From contig CM082593.2 in the NCBI GenBank assembly GCA_040954595.2, positions 7,228,043 through 7,292,042 on the forward strand: 64,000 nt of DNA. Direction: 5' to 3'. The notes beneath the pieces were generated by a model. That model was not told the DNA's origin and did no database searches. It worked only from the letters and a program-made list of their open reading frames with translations. Of the stretch, positions 1-13,940 are shown in pieces. Within the stretch, counting starts at the first letter, position 1. Every line of letters begins with the position of its first letter. The translations under genes were made by a program, and so were the position numbers. The stretch comes from Balanoglossus misakiensis (taxonomy: Eukaryota; Animalia; Hemichordata).

Positions 1-3000
1 GAGGATAACCTGTTACTCTACACACTGACAACACCACCACAGTTTGGATTTTTAGAATCGACTCTAGCACCGTCCGTACCACTGACATCATTCACACAAG
101 GTAAAGTAAATGAGTAATTTGCAGTCTGGTCAGAAATAAATTGCAGTTTCAAGAATTTGTCAAATATGAAGCCTTGATGATCGAGGTGTTGATTTTGTCT
201 AATTTCTCTCCTTGGTCTGTTTTCCGAACAGAGGACATCAGCAGTGGACTAGTCCAGTATGTGATGTACGACGACGTGACCGATGAAACCGACGACAGTT
301 TCGTGTTCGATGTGGCCGACAGCAAACCCAACATCGTGTCCAAGAATGTCTTCAGAATCAGGTGGTCCAGGGTCAGTTTTGAGTTCAAAAATTACAATGT
401 CAGCGAGAAGGGAGGCATGGTTAGCATCACTGTGAAGAGAACTGGAAACTTGAATCAGGTAAAGACTGTTTTCTGTTTGTGGCAGACGATCAATGTCATG
501 CTTTCCCGCCAAAAACATTGAAATATTTTAAATTGCAGTGGTTTTCAAGGATATCAACGTTTATTTTAGACAAACATGGGATATCGTGATTTTTTTGACG
601 TAGCTCCAGACATTCACTCAACACTTTCCCCTCCTAAAGTCAGCTATTTGTAGTCTAAAATATCAAAATTTCATGTTTTACTTCAATCTACTATACTTGT
701 ATTTATGTTTTATGAAAACGAGGGACCCAATCTAGATTTGATTACTACGTATTCCTTTTTTCTTTTTTTTAATGATCATTTTATTTGTTTCATCTAAATA
801 TAATTCTTTTTTTTCTTCTTCACATAGTATGGAATTGTGTTGTGCAGAACAGAGGAGGGTTCAGCCAAGTCTGGTGACATCGGTTCCAAACCTGGCAAAC
901 ACGACTATGTGGAACATGCTGGACAGGTGAGGAAAGGACAAAAACATTGACACCACTTTTAGCGAAAATGTACATCATTTCTAAAACAATTCCTTAAAGG
1001 GAAGCGGTCGTCGCGCCGCGTGGGTGTCCCCCTTGACGAGAATATGTCCCCCATACAAGCGCAAACCCCACTGCAGTCGCCACGACCTACTAGGATCTTC
1101 AGTTGCTGTCATGCCCAGTCTACGCTACAGTTGGCTGCTTCGTTCATTCTAAGAATTATCTAATTTCAGGGATTTGTGGATGAACTGTTATGTTTATAAA
1201 CAAACAAACGCCGCACGATGACCCCTTTAAAGTAACAAACTAAAATTTGTGATGTATTCAAACACAGGTCCAGTTTGAAGAACGCGAAGAGAAGAAATTC
1301 TGCAATGTGATCATAAACGACGACACCATCTTTGAAGGACCGGAAATCTTCAAAGTCGAACTGAGCATGCCGGCATATGCCCTGCTCGGCGAACCAAGCC
1401 AAGCCACTGTCACAATTCTGGACACTGAAGATGGTACGTCTGGTATCTGTCGATATGAGATGGGTTTAAAGATATAACACAGCAGGGCAGCCATAATCCG
1501 TTAACCCTTTCACCACCATGGTTTGGTCCAAATCTATTGTGTTCTATGGTGAAGTTGGACCTCTATAGAGGGAACTGGGGGTGAAAGGGTTAACTTGTGC
1601 CAGACATCAAGTGCTGTTTTACTGTCAAACTCATCTTGCCAATCCAGATCATAAAAATGTTTGACTTGGGGAAGTTTCCTTGGCATATTGGTACAGTTAA
1701 ACCTGTCTATAGTAGCCAGTCAAGGGACTTTCCTAAACTGGCCTTTATATACAGGTAGCCTTTATAGACAGGTCAATTAATGCACATGTAAATTGCACAG
1801 GGACTGTAACAAAGTGGCCACTATAGTCAAGTGGCCACTATAAAGAGGTGGTCACTGACATAGGTTTGACTGTATCAGTGTATGCCCAGCTGTACGTAAA
1901 CTTGTATGGAATAAGCAATTTTGGTATTCTTGACACAAGTGTCACAAATCTTACATTTTTTTACTTTCTCTTTTCAGAACCAAGCATTGAATTTGAAAGT
2001 GAAATCTTCCACGTCAACGAGAGTGCTGGTTATCTTTTTGCTCCAATGCTGAGAAAAGGTAAGTGTCCGTTGATTGTTCTAACCCAGCAGCAGAACAGAT
2101 AATCCCTAGCTCTGGCTGCATTATGAAGACATGCATTAAGGCTACCACTTGCTTAGACTCTGTACGCCTTGTGCTTTTTGATAATAATTCTGCTTGCTGT
2201 GATGCCAGACACAAGCGACTGTACACACTTTCATACCAGAATAACCGTAATTATTCCGTCGATTTATTCCAGGTGATAGCAGTACTACCGTGTCTGCAGT
2301 CTGTTACACCATTCCCCGGACGGCAACCGGAAGTAGTCTGGAAGGCCTCGAATCCGGTTCCGACTTCAAATCCAGAGGAATGACGGATGACTACCGGGTT
2401 TTATTCCCGCCGAGCGTCAACAAAGCAACATGTGATATCAAGGTAAACAAATTTCCTGACAGGGGAATGAGAACTCGAGCAATAATCTAGAAACCGTTGA
2501 ATTCAGGAAAATAATGTTTAAAGGGACATAGTCTCTCTCTCGCTGCCCCTTTTCCATCTCGCCAAAATGAATAAACAGTAGAGACCGATTATTCATTTTG
2601 GTAATTTTTTCAATCTGGTGCGTACAAGCGGGATGGAAGTTGTGTGTGGTCGAACATTGATTCACTATATATCCACATGTAGAATAACATAAACAGTGTC
2701 TTGTATCAAACATAATCAATGGAAAAAGGGCAGCGAGAGAGAGAGAGAGACTTTTGTCCCTTTATGTCTTACATTTGTGAATTTGGTGAAGTACAGTTTT
2801 GAACAGTTGTTCTTTTTTCCCCCCTACAGCTTCTTGATGACGCCATGTTTGAAGAGGAGGAGGAGTTTGAGATAGCGTTGGCGGACGTGTCGATGATGAC
2901 CAAACTTGGCGGGATCAACAAAGCCATGGTGAAAATAGACGGCCCCAATGATGGTGAGTAGCCATTTTGATGTTTCAAATGGATGTAGAAAAAGTAGTCT

Positions 3001-6000
3001 GCAAAACTGACCAATCTGATCAAAAAATTTGAAAATTCTATTTCAGTGAATAATCCTCTACCAATAGGTCTCTCTATGTGGTGTGCAGTTTGTAATATAC
3101 TTAAGTGACCTTTATTTCTATGGATTCACAAAAACAATTTTTGTACATGTCCTGTTTCATCCCTGTGTTTTAGTGCTGTGGTCCGTCTTTCCAGCTGCAA
3201 ACAAAGGATCGGGATCAAACTATTGAGGGTGAAGGGTTGAGAAGACGATAACTTGTACGGTTTTGGTTATGTGACATACTTTACCACAGAGAACACTTCA
3301 CATTTCAGATTTATGTCTCATTGTTTGTTTTGAATTGTGTTTCAGAATCCTACGTCTTCTTCTCAAGTCCCACATATTACTTCGGGGAGAACGAGCGCAA
3401 TGTGGAAGTGCAAGTCCATCGCCTAGGCAACGATCTATCCCACAGTTCCATGGTGTGGTGTGGCACAAGGATGAGCCATCCGCCGTCTGCCAGGGCTGGG
3501 GAGGATTTCATCGCTGGGGCCAGTCAGATCACCTTTGGTCCTCACCAGACAGTAGAGGTGAGAGAATTGAGGTGTTATATTCTTACAGTTTCACAGAAAG
3601 TCAAGTTTTTAAATCATCAGTAACGTTTGCTGTAAATGACTCGATAACTTCTGAGAATATAATATACATCAGGAATTAACATACATGTCCAAAATTTAAT
3701 ACAAGATATAATTTGTTGATGAAAAATATAAGGATTTTTGTAGTTATTATCTGGGTGCAGTTCTTGTAACAAACGACATATTTTCTCTGGTTTGCAGACG
3801 TGTAGTTTCACTATTCTGGATGACATAGCTAATCCACATCTGGAAGGAAATGAAACGTTTGAAGTCTACCTCAGTTCAGCCATGGAGTGTACATTAGCAG
3901 AGCCGCATGTAGCTACAGTGGTCATCAATGATACTGATGATGATGGTATGTGTTGTAAGAAGTGATCTACATATAGTGTTACCAATTTCTCTGTCTGCCT
4001 GTCTGTCTCTCTCTCTCTGTGTTTACATATCACAAGAACAGCTGATCAGATTTTTTATCAAATTCGGTTCAGAGGTTCTACATGTATTTTTGAGTGGCAA
4101 AAACTGATTAGTTTTTGTGGCTGTGGCCTTCAAATAATGAAGTTGTGAAAAAAAGAAATATTGCCTTCAGTGCAATAGTATTAGGACTTGGACAAACTGA
4201 GGGTTCTATAATTGATCAGCGAATCATGCTTTTCTTCCAGCCTGGAAGCGGTAGTCATATCTTGTGTACAAGCGAAAGCTGACTGAGACATTCCATAACG
4301 TTTAATTGAACGTTGCAACTTCATATCACATGAGGACATTCAGTTTACACCTGGATATGAACCACATTTCACAAAATGAATTTTCACACCCCCGTCTTCT
4401 TCCTCTCAGTTCCCTCTATGCAGTTCTCTGTGGAAGAAGTCTTTGTCAAAGAATCGGACGGATTTGTGCATGTACCTGTCATGAGAACCGGTGATGTGTC
4501 GTACGAGTCGTCTGTCAGGTGTTACACAAGGCAGAGGTCAGCTCAGGTCATGATGGACTTTGATGAACGACGAAACACAGATGAATTCCGTGTTGTATTT
4601 GCCCCAGGAGAAAAGGTATGTTTCTCAAATATTTTTTTCAGATTCCTACTTTGACTCTAATCAAAAGATTGTGCATCTTAAAGGACAAAGTCTCTCTCTC
4701 CTTCCATCCCGCTTGTAGATACAAGAGTGAAAAAACTCGCTAAAATGAATAATCAGTCTCTACCATTTATGTAGTCGCTGTGGTTGAACGTTCATTCACC
4801 ACATACACATGTACATTAACATAAATGGTGTCTTGTATTAAACATAATTAATGGAATAAGGGCAGCGAGAGAGAGACTTTGTCCCTTTAAAGTTTGGATT
4901 TTGGTCATTACTAGAAGATATGAATGCATTAGAAATTGATAATGTTACCGTACTGTCCATTTAAATAATCTCAATTCCTTTTCCTAGGTGAAAAATTGCA
5001 CTGTTAGAATTTGGGAAGACGACGTGTATGAAGGAGACGAGCAGTTTCTTGTGAAGTTAGGGACTCCATATGGAAACGAGCATTGTGATGCCAAAGTGGG
5101 CACCCCTAATGAAGCCAAAATTACCATCACCAATTATGAAGATGGTAAGTCCGTGGATAGTAGATGTAATTAGTTCTTGTGTGCATGTGACTGATACCAA
5201 CTTAAGTATTGAAAATGGTGGATTAATACAGTATTTCATCTGGGATGATGTCAACAATGGGGATTGTCCCCTTTTACAATTTTTTTTTTTTTTTTTTACG
5301 GGTTGTTGGTCGTCTCTTGACAAATTGCTACATGTAGGTGCCAACACGTTAATAGGGACTGAATCATCCCATCTATATCTAGATAAAAACTACTGGATTT
5401 TGACTGAACCATTGGGACAAAAGACATAACACTATTAGAACTTAGCAAAAGTTCATAAGATGTTGAACAAGGATAAAATTATGACCTTTCTTCTTTCGTG
5501 AACTTGAATCATGTGTGATTATTTTTCTCACGCAGCTCCCACTGTCCAGATAGAAAGGATGGCTTACACGATTCGCGAGCCGTCTAGTGAAAGTGAAACC
5601 TCGTTCGTCGTCATCGGCGTCGTACGAACAGGAGACCAGAACCGGACCTCCAAAGTGCGGTGCAGCACCAGAGATGGTTCTGCAAAGTCGGGGATCGATT
5701 ACGATCCCAAGTCCAGGGTTTTGAAGTTCCAGCCAGGTGAGAGAACCTAAACTCCTGAAAGATCAACTTGAGTTCAGTCAGCCATTTGCATGACCCCTGT
5801 ATGACCTAAACATCCGGTCTTACACTAAACAGTTTTAATTTTCAGTTGTGTACAAAATCGCTTCTTCATTGCATCTTTAAGAACTGCAGTTTGCGTCTTC
5901 AGTGGTCACCGATGTGAGAATGGTGAATGTTGGACAACTTCCAGTAAATATATAATATATATCATTGATAACATCTGTACTACTGCATGTACTACAGATG

Positions 6001-9000
6001 AAGATAACAAATGCAAATCTCTTGTTATTCGTAAAAATGAATGAAGTCCATCATGTTCGTGGATTTGACAGGTTAAAACTAGTATGTATTTTATGCAAAT
6101 AGGGGTCAAGAGATTGGAGTTTGAAGTCGAGATCCTTTTCAACGAAGATGTTGAATGGTACGAGACATTTAGCGTGGTGCTGGGGCCAGACGACCCAGTC
6201 AATGCTGTCTTTGGACCGACCGCCATGGCAACCATCACCATACTTGACCAGGAAGCTGCCGGTAGTTTAGTTCTACCGGCGCCCCCACTGGTGAGTTTGT
6301 GAGAAAGTTATTGAATATAATTTTGACATGAAATGTAAACCATTGCTGATTTTATTTTTGACTGATGAGTTTATGCATAAGGATATATATATGTGTATGA
6401 GAGAATAATTACTGGTTCATGAATGTACAACCTACGGTCGTTGCTGTCCGAATTGAATCTTCCCCATCCTCCACTTTGCCAACTCTGTATCAAAATAAAC
6501 TCAGTAAATTTTTCAGCCTTGACAAGCTACATTGTACTGTTATAATTCCCAGATGAAATTCAAGAATTCTTCAGTGTTAGAAATAAATATGTTGCATATA
6601 TGCTAGTTGGGTATGCATGATTTGCCTTCAATTATTCTGCTCGCTCAATTCAGGTGGTTTCCCTGATTGACTATGACGATGTTGAAGCTGGTTGCAAAGA
6701 GGACCCCTCTCCTGGTTACCCACTGATTTGTGTCACGGTAAGTGGTTACATGTGAAGTTTACATTTTGGGATTTTCAGATCAATGTTGTGTATGTTTATC
6801 ATGTAGATGACCGTTAAAGTATACTTACATATTCTGAGAAAAGCGCATGGTAAAGGTACTTTTTGGTGACAGAGGAGTCATGGCAACGGAAATTTGGCAT
6901 ATATTTCATCATTATAATTGATTTATCGTGAAAACACTCATTTTCATTCCAGCCCTGTGATTCCCACTACCCGTCCTACGCAATGACTGGCGATCTGTGC
7001 GCGGAGTCCGGAATCAACTCGACCACCATCCACTACAGTTGGGAACTGGCGGCTCCCACCGACGTGGACGGATCGCGGCCACCATTTACAACCATCAACG
7101 ACAACACGCTATTCACCTCGGTCAACCACAAGGTGTTAGACAGCATTTACTTCAGCAGGCGATGCCACGTGCGCTGCGTCGCCCAGCCGGTGGACAACAA
7201 CGGCAACCTGGGCGTGGCGCTGCGTAGCAACATCATCACCGTAGGAACCGACAACGGGATCTGCCACACGCCGATCGTGGCGGGGGTGGCGCGCGACTTC
7301 CAAGCCCAGTCGTTCATCGCGACCCTGGAGTACATCGACAGCGGGGCGAAGGAAAACCCGAATACGATTCACGTCTCCGTGCAGATCCCGCACCAGGACG
7401 GCATGCTGCCCCTGATTTCCACGCTGCCGCTGCACAACATTCGATTCCTGCTGACGGAGCCCGTGTACCGACAGCAGCACGTCTGCTCGAACGTGATCAC
7501 GCGCGGCAGAGACGCGGCCTTCTCGCAGGCCGGGTTTCTGGACGTCATGGACTACGACACCATGATCCTGGGACCGGGCTACGACTTTCCCTACCAGTTC
7601 AACCCGCACATCCGGGAGGACAAGACGCTGCTGTTGTATCGGCACTTGAACTTGAAGACCTGCACCTGGACGTTCGACGCGTGGTATCACATGACGGACC
7701 TGATTGACCTGTGCGGGGGCACCGTGTCGTCTGACTTCCAGGTGAAACACGGCGACAGTTATTTGACAGTCACTGTGCCTTTATATGCTGCATACATTTA
7801 TTCGACGACTCCCACGGGATGGGCGTCGTTAGATCATCGGACGCAGATGGAGTTCTCTTTCTTCTACAGGTAAGCAATCGAAGCAGTTTCACTGTTTCTT
7901 TTTCATTCAATTTTCATGACCAGTAGATGGACCATACATCACTTTTGTTGAAGGTCCACTAACTGTTGGCAATTTTTGCAATGTTTTCGTTCTGTGTATC
8001 AACCATGGTTTCTTGTCAGGCTACCCGAAGCAATGCTAAATGCATAGTATCACCAAGTGTGCGCAATTGGCATAGTTATTGTTAAAAAATTGCATTCAAG
8101 CCCGGACCTCGAATGCATACAACAACAATAACAGTGATCGGTACACAGATACACATGCCTTGTTGACAAGCTGAAAACTGGTTGTGCTGGGATATCATTC
8201 TGTAGGAAGGAGAACACTAAAATGAGAGTTGATACACAAAAACATAAAAGTATAGTTTCATAAGTGTTCAAAAAGTGGCACTATGCTTTGCACTCCTGAC
8301 CTCCAACTGATCAGTTTGCAATCTCCCTCTGAACAGTACTGTGTTATGGAGGACTGGTCTTGAAACCGAAGGTGAACTGAATGGAAAGCTTCAAGTCCTT
8401 CACATCAGGATAGACGACAACGGCAGACTTGTGATCGATATGAAGACAGAAGCCAAATTCAGAGGTGAGAATTTTGTACTTTGCGTTTTAATGAAATGTG
8501 GATGTGTTAGTAATGATATTGAGTGAGGGTGTTATTGGTCTGTTTGCCTGCCTGCCTGTCTTTCTGTACGTGAAGGATAAATGTCTCTGTGTGACCATGT
8601 ATAACCTATTGAACATGCTAGAAGCACTATTTGTTATCAAGATATTTATTACAGCATTGTTATCAATCTTCATTCTCGTTCTATTCCAGGTCTGTTTGTT
8701 GTGAAGCACCACACGCTCCCTGGATTTGAATCCAGGGTTGTTCCCCCGGGCAGTCTGGGTGTGAACTTTGAACTTGAACTGCTGTGGAGTGAGCAGACAT
8801 TTGATGGACCCCACCAGCTGTGGAGAGCGACTAGCAACTACAATCTCAAGGTAAACTTCATAAAGTGTCTGTGAAATGTTTTAGTTAAGCAAAGAGGAAA
8901 GACTGTTTTCTATCATGAATGTTTACCACAAGTTGACCACACAATTTACCACACAGAAATCACCTTGGTTTTCACTCTGTTGTTTTATATCATTGAAGGA

Positions 9001-11573
9001 TGAGAATAAGAATTGATCAGTTTTAGTGTCCGTGGGCGAAGTCCAATAGATTGGGTTCTCTGTCCACCTGATCATTGTATTTTTCTTGTTTTTTTTCGTC
9101 ACAGGATTACTCTGGAGATTACACTATAGAGCTGATTCCTTGTACTGTGACATCTACGCAGTCTTATCAAGTCATGCCAGATATGCCAATTGTCTGCACT
9201 GCACATAGACCACACAGGTATGGTGTTCAAATTAATGGTCATAACCTTAACCTATCTGTGAACAAAGCAGAGTTGACACAAGGATTGCTTCAGCATTAAT
9301 ATATTAATATATCAAAATGAACTCTATGATTTAAAGAAATTGATTAATGATTTTGACCTCAATGACATGGAGAAAAAATGTTGGAATCATTTCAGAGACT
9401 GCCCTCTATTTCAGAAGTCAGAAACTCATGCAGGTTTAGAGCAGTTATCACCAATTGTGTGACCTTTTCTTTAAAAGACAATATGAGATCAGCATAATTT
9501 TAAAATTTGCCTATAATTTGTCTAACAAGGTTATTTTCTTTCAAGTTTTCAAAATGATACCAGAATGGAGTCAGTATAAGAATAAAACGATTTTGGACCG
9601 TTTAACATAACTAGTCTTCTGTGTGATGTGAGCTACAGTGTCATTGGTGCTCTTTTTTGGCCAGGTTCACGGTTCCCATAGCATTCCAGCAGACGAACAG
9701 GCCCGTGCCGGTTGTATACTCCTTGAACACTCAATTCCACCTGATGAACAACGAAAAGGTTTTCCTGATGGATCCAAACTCGGATATGATGGAATTGTCA
9801 GAGATGGATTACATCGGAGCCTTCACAAAAGGTGGGTCAGCATATGAAGTAGCCACACTTAGCGAAATAATAGTAAAATTTGGGAAAGAAAAAGATTGTT
9901 ATTTGTTTTGTACTGGGGTGAAAATTAATTAATTTTCTTTGCTGTTCATGCTTTAGGTCAAACTCTGTATGGCAGAGTCCTGTGGAACCCCGATCAAGAT
10001 CTAGACACTGCCTACAGGCTGCAGATTGAAAAGCTGTATCTATGTACTGGGACTGATGGCTACGTGCCGACCTATGACCCCACGGGATCTCTCTACAACG
10101 AAGGTCCACAGTATGGCTGCATACAGCCGAACAAAAACCTCAAGCACCGGTTTCTGATATTGGTAAGTCTGTCTCCAAATGTCACTCTTTTTGTCGTCTT
10201 TAAGGCGATTCTGAAGGATTGAATGTCTGCATCAGTTGCTATCATTACCGAGATGCGCACTATGAGTACGAGTTCTATTCAAATTGAAACGAATTCCAAA
10301 ACTCCATCTGTCCAATACATGGTTTTCGTATTACCAATCATTCAGTCAATCAGAATATCGTTCAAGTTTGAATTTAGAAAACAGACCCTTTTCAGATTGC
10401 CATGGCAACTGACAATTGCCTGACTTGGATCCTTTTTTTTTTGGTCTATTCACGTAGGACCGCGGTGCCCCGGAAGTTGTCCAAAGGAGCTTCCACGAAG
10501 TTCCGTTTGAAGCTGTGTTTGCAAGTGACAATCCTAACTATGCTGCATTGAATAACATGCCAGGTGTCGATGGTTTCACCATGAACGTCGACGCCCTTTA
10601 CAAGGTGAGCAGAGAATCCATTGCTGTTTTCCCTGTGTTATCTTGAATGTTGGTTACATTTTTACAAGATTTTAATTATTTTAGTGGCGATACTGAATTC
10701 AATCTACTGTAATCATGGTCATTAAAGGCAAATATGGTTACAAGACTTTTATGATGCTGATAATTTTTTTAGAACAAATACTGTCGTTTTCCAGAATTGT
10801 TTTCCAACTATTTTAAAATCACAAAGCATACCTTGGTTAACAATACATATCACAATACACATCAGAGTCTGACCTTTAATCTACTGCAACACATTTGGAG
10901 TAAATACCTGCGGGATGTCATAGGTCACTAGGGGTCAGAGTTCAAATGCTTGACGTTTCACATTTTGACTGAAATGCTATCTTTTTCTGTGCAGATTGAT
11001 TCAGGACATCAGTGGTACTTACAAGTGCTGTATGTCATTGGCCCAGCCGACGCTCTACCTCGTTATCGCCGCTCAGCGATGATGAATACTGCCATTAAAA
11101 AGAGGAATATTGTCGACGCCGACGGAAACCTCATCGACAAGACGATTGTGTTCGGCGACAACAGCGACAGTCACAACGGGACTAACATGAGGAATTTGAA
11201 ACTGAACCGGACGGAGATTGAGAGCGACGGCACGAACGAGGTGGCCACCATTAGCGCGGCCACCGTTGGTGGTATCGCCTGCGTGGTGGTAGTCGCGGTC
11301 GTCGTGATTGTCGTTCTCCGGCGGCGGCGGAACGAGAAAATGGCCGACGCGCACCAGAAACCGAGCAACAGGGACATCGCTCGGCAGTCGTCGAACGCGA
11401 GACTTGCCAAGAAGTGCGAGGACAACCTAGACAGAGACCTCAAAAAGACAGTAGCCGTTAGCAATATCAACATTCAAAAGTGTGACAATTTACACAGTAA
11501 TAGAGCGAAAAAGGTCAACGTAGACGTCAATGTTAGGAATAATCTCAAAGGTGACGGTGGAACTGAAGTTTAA
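1..11573 (+). CDS. FRAS1: Extracellular matrix protein FRAS1 orthologue, 3' part (5'-truncated by window), 22 exons
   Basis: GT-AG exons with continuous frame: 1-100, 232-458, 828-926, 1268-1433, 1978-2058, 2273-2442, 2830-2953, 3346-3557, 3798-3945, 4410-4615, 4988-5144, 5536-5736, 6103-6290, 6654-6737, 6953-7869, 8337-8464, 8690-8850, 9105-9217, 9665-9831, 9957-10162, 10458-10604, 10995-11573 (TAA). Encodes a CSPG repeat (PPQFG..SFTQEDI..DSFVFDVAD), tandem Calx-beta repeats (V.RTGD..S.VRC.T; I.DD..FEG.E.F.V.L), the FRAS1-type C-terminal domain (VDGFTMNVDALYKIDSGHQWYLQVLYVIGP), furin-like RYRR, a TM helix followed by RRRR, and a terminal DGGTEV like the vertebrate FRAS1 PDZ-binding end. Confidence 0.92.
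998..1226. mobile_element. TTAA-flanked MITE (Kolobok/T2-type termini), family 1
   Basis: TTAA|AGGGAAGCGGTCGTC...CGATGACCCCT|TTAA; inverted copy at 23136-23370. Confidence 0.75.
1505..1589. mobile_element. 85-bp piggyBac-type MITE
   Basis: TTAA|CCCTTTCACC...GGTGAAAGGG|TTAA: perfect 10-bp TIR and TTAA target duplication. Confidence 0.75.
1694..1872. mobile_element. Tc1/mariner (pogo/Tigger-like) MITE
   Basis: TA|CAGTTAAACCTGTC...ATAGGTTTGACTG|TA: TIRs with TA target duplication and internal GTGGCCACTATA-type subrepeats. Confidence 0.7.
2522..2761. mobile_element. TTAA-flanked MITE, family 2
   Basis: TIR AGGGACATAGTCTCTCTCTCGCTGCCC / GGGCAGCGAGAGAGAG..TTTGTCCCT; related copies at 4682-4886, 30599-30855 and about 48630-48849. 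Confidence 0.8.
4682..4886. mobile_element. TTAA-flanked MITE, family 2
   Basis: TTAA|AGGACAAAGTCTCTCTCTC...GGCAGCGAGAGAGAGACTTTGTCCCT|TTAA; internal sequence similar to 2522-2761. Confidence 0.78.
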
Positions 11574-13847
11574 CTGTTAATTTTGTCGCTCCCAAAAATT
11601 TCAAAACTAAGTTATGTGAACAATATCCATTTTTTATGCGACTGAAATATTTTAAACATATAAAATATTTTTTAAAAGAGTTTAAAGTTATAAAGATTTT
11701 AGATATGCATTTTTACTCAACATTTGTAAAACTAAGTTGAAAAACTTCTTATGTGTATTTTTTATTTATTTACATGTCTGAGTCCTCGGTACTAGTTACT
11801 TTCAGAAAGTGGGTTTACGCAGCACACAAGGTGTGTCGTGCTGACCTAAAATAAAACAAAAATTTATTAAAAATTGCCATAATTATGAAATTTTATCAAT
11901 TTTTGTTTGTTCTACAGTACTTGGACATTATTTGTAGTCAATTATTTTCTTATAAAAATTGTGGGGAATCTAATTCAAAGGTTACCCGAGTAAAGGTGGA
12001 TCAGTATCACAGCCATCTTTGTTTTACAATAATTTTGCAATAATGCATCCGTTAATATCGCTGTTTTTTGTATTATGTCTAAAGATTCCTTCATATTTTA
12101 TGTAGCCTCCTTCAGTTAAAAGTAGGAGCATTATTAATTAAAAACTTGTATATGCTGCATTGATTTAAGTGGTTGAGTGTTTGCAAAACAGGCCACTTGC
12201 TACGGATAGTTAAGTTTATTTCATATAATCTGTCAACTAACATTGCATGAATTTGTGAAAATCTTAGAATTTACATGTGCCTTTATTATGCTGAATTACA
12301 TGTTATGCTATTCTCTGTGGAAAATAAAAAAAGTTAGGGCTCGCAAAATATTTTTATTATGGTATGTATCTCAAATTTTACCAGTCAAAATGGCCGCCAA
12401 GCAGTATTGTCGTATCTCCATTTGATTATTTTTTAAAAAGGTAGCAGTGGTGGACGTTTTAAACATTGCCTTATACTGCGCTGAAAAAAATTGAAACTGT
12501 GAAATTTTAACATGTAGACATATTACCCGGTACCATGGAAACATTTTGGTAATTGAGCAACCTGTGCAGTGTAAATTGACAGCGATCATGATAATGAAAC
12601 AGTTGAGAATTTGTCACTGATGGCTTTATTGTGTCGAAAAATAAATTATTGTTAACATCCATGTCTTTGAGAGAACATTTCTGCATTTTCCAAATAGTTA
12701 AATTTTCAAACTATTGGAGTAATTTGATGCATTTAAGAGTATGTTTTTGTGATATTTCGATGTTATACACAGCTTCAGAACCACACTATGCAATACTAGG
12801 ATCCTCAGGTATTTTGCACAAAAAGGGTGCTACTTTAAAAATGTAAATGTTTTTTACAACCATAAATCACACAGCAAGTTGAAATTGTATTGCTTTTCAC
12901 AAAATCTACGATTTGACTACGCCACCTTTAGAAATTTGCATTTTGTAGTAAACATTAACATGGACCAGGCGGCCATTTTGAATTGTAATATACTCAGTAC
13001 CAGATTCGTCTGGATATCATGTAAACATGACTTACTAAATTTTAGAAAACTTGTGTGTATGGTATTTTAGTAAGCATCAATTAATCAAATTAAGAATTTA
13101 TTAGCAACAAATATATTGCTTCAAGTGTCTAATAGTTTGAATTCACTTCCTTCTTTGCATGTTACCATTGCCAGCTGTTGTGTGTATTCAAGCTGACCCT
13201 CCCTATTTATATCGACATATGGAATAATCTATTTGTTTCTGTGCATATGGTGAAACTACTTTTCACCAAAAAAAAGGGAAATCATGCCAGGATAAAGTCC
13301 TTCATGATTGCAACTGAACGTATTTTTAGGACAAAAATCAGGTACCAATGTTTCTCCATCGATGTTCCATCTTATTTCATTGAACAAACTTTAATACATT
13401 ACAGTTATGCAGAACTCAAGTATAATCACACATACTCAGTCTGTAATCAAAACTGTCACTCTAAGCTCTGCCTACTGTTATGTACAAGTATTTACAAAAC
13501 CACGAGCTTTGAACGAGCTGTCTCCTGTTAACACTGTACAGAGTATCTGGGCAGCATGTTGCAAGTACGTGTTCATTGTTTTTTTTACATACTTTCCTGT
13601 ATAGAATGACTTTGTTTTTGTTTCTACATGATTTAGACTTGTTATCAATGTAAAATACTAACTACAGTTGCTATAAAACGAACTGTAGTATTTGGTGTAA
13701 CAGACCTCCACTAGATAGTCCACTGATGAAAAAACAGAATTTTAGGGGTAGCGGGTGAATAGTTTCATGGTCGGTGAAAGCAGTGTAAGGCGATATCCTC
13801 TGGTGATAGAGACAACTGAGGTTTCAGTGTAGCGGGTCATATAGTGA

Positions 13848-13870
13848 AATAAAATTTCCAAATAAATAAA
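13848..13870 (+). terminator. Candidate polyadenylation signals of FRAS1 (about 2.3 kb AT-rich 3' UTR)
   Basis: Clustered AATAAA hexamers (13848 and 13861-13870) followed by a GT/T-rich tract (gagtttgtgtttcattttt). Confidence 0.5.
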
Positions 13871-13940
13871 TAATAAGTCAGAGTTTGTGTTTCATTTTTA
13901 GGTCCCATTGGTATATATATACATGTACATGTATATATAT

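Noticed and set aside
7136-7750. 204-aa minus-strand ORF
   Set aside because: Antisense shadow of the GC3-rich FRAS1 exon; no independent domain or splice signals.
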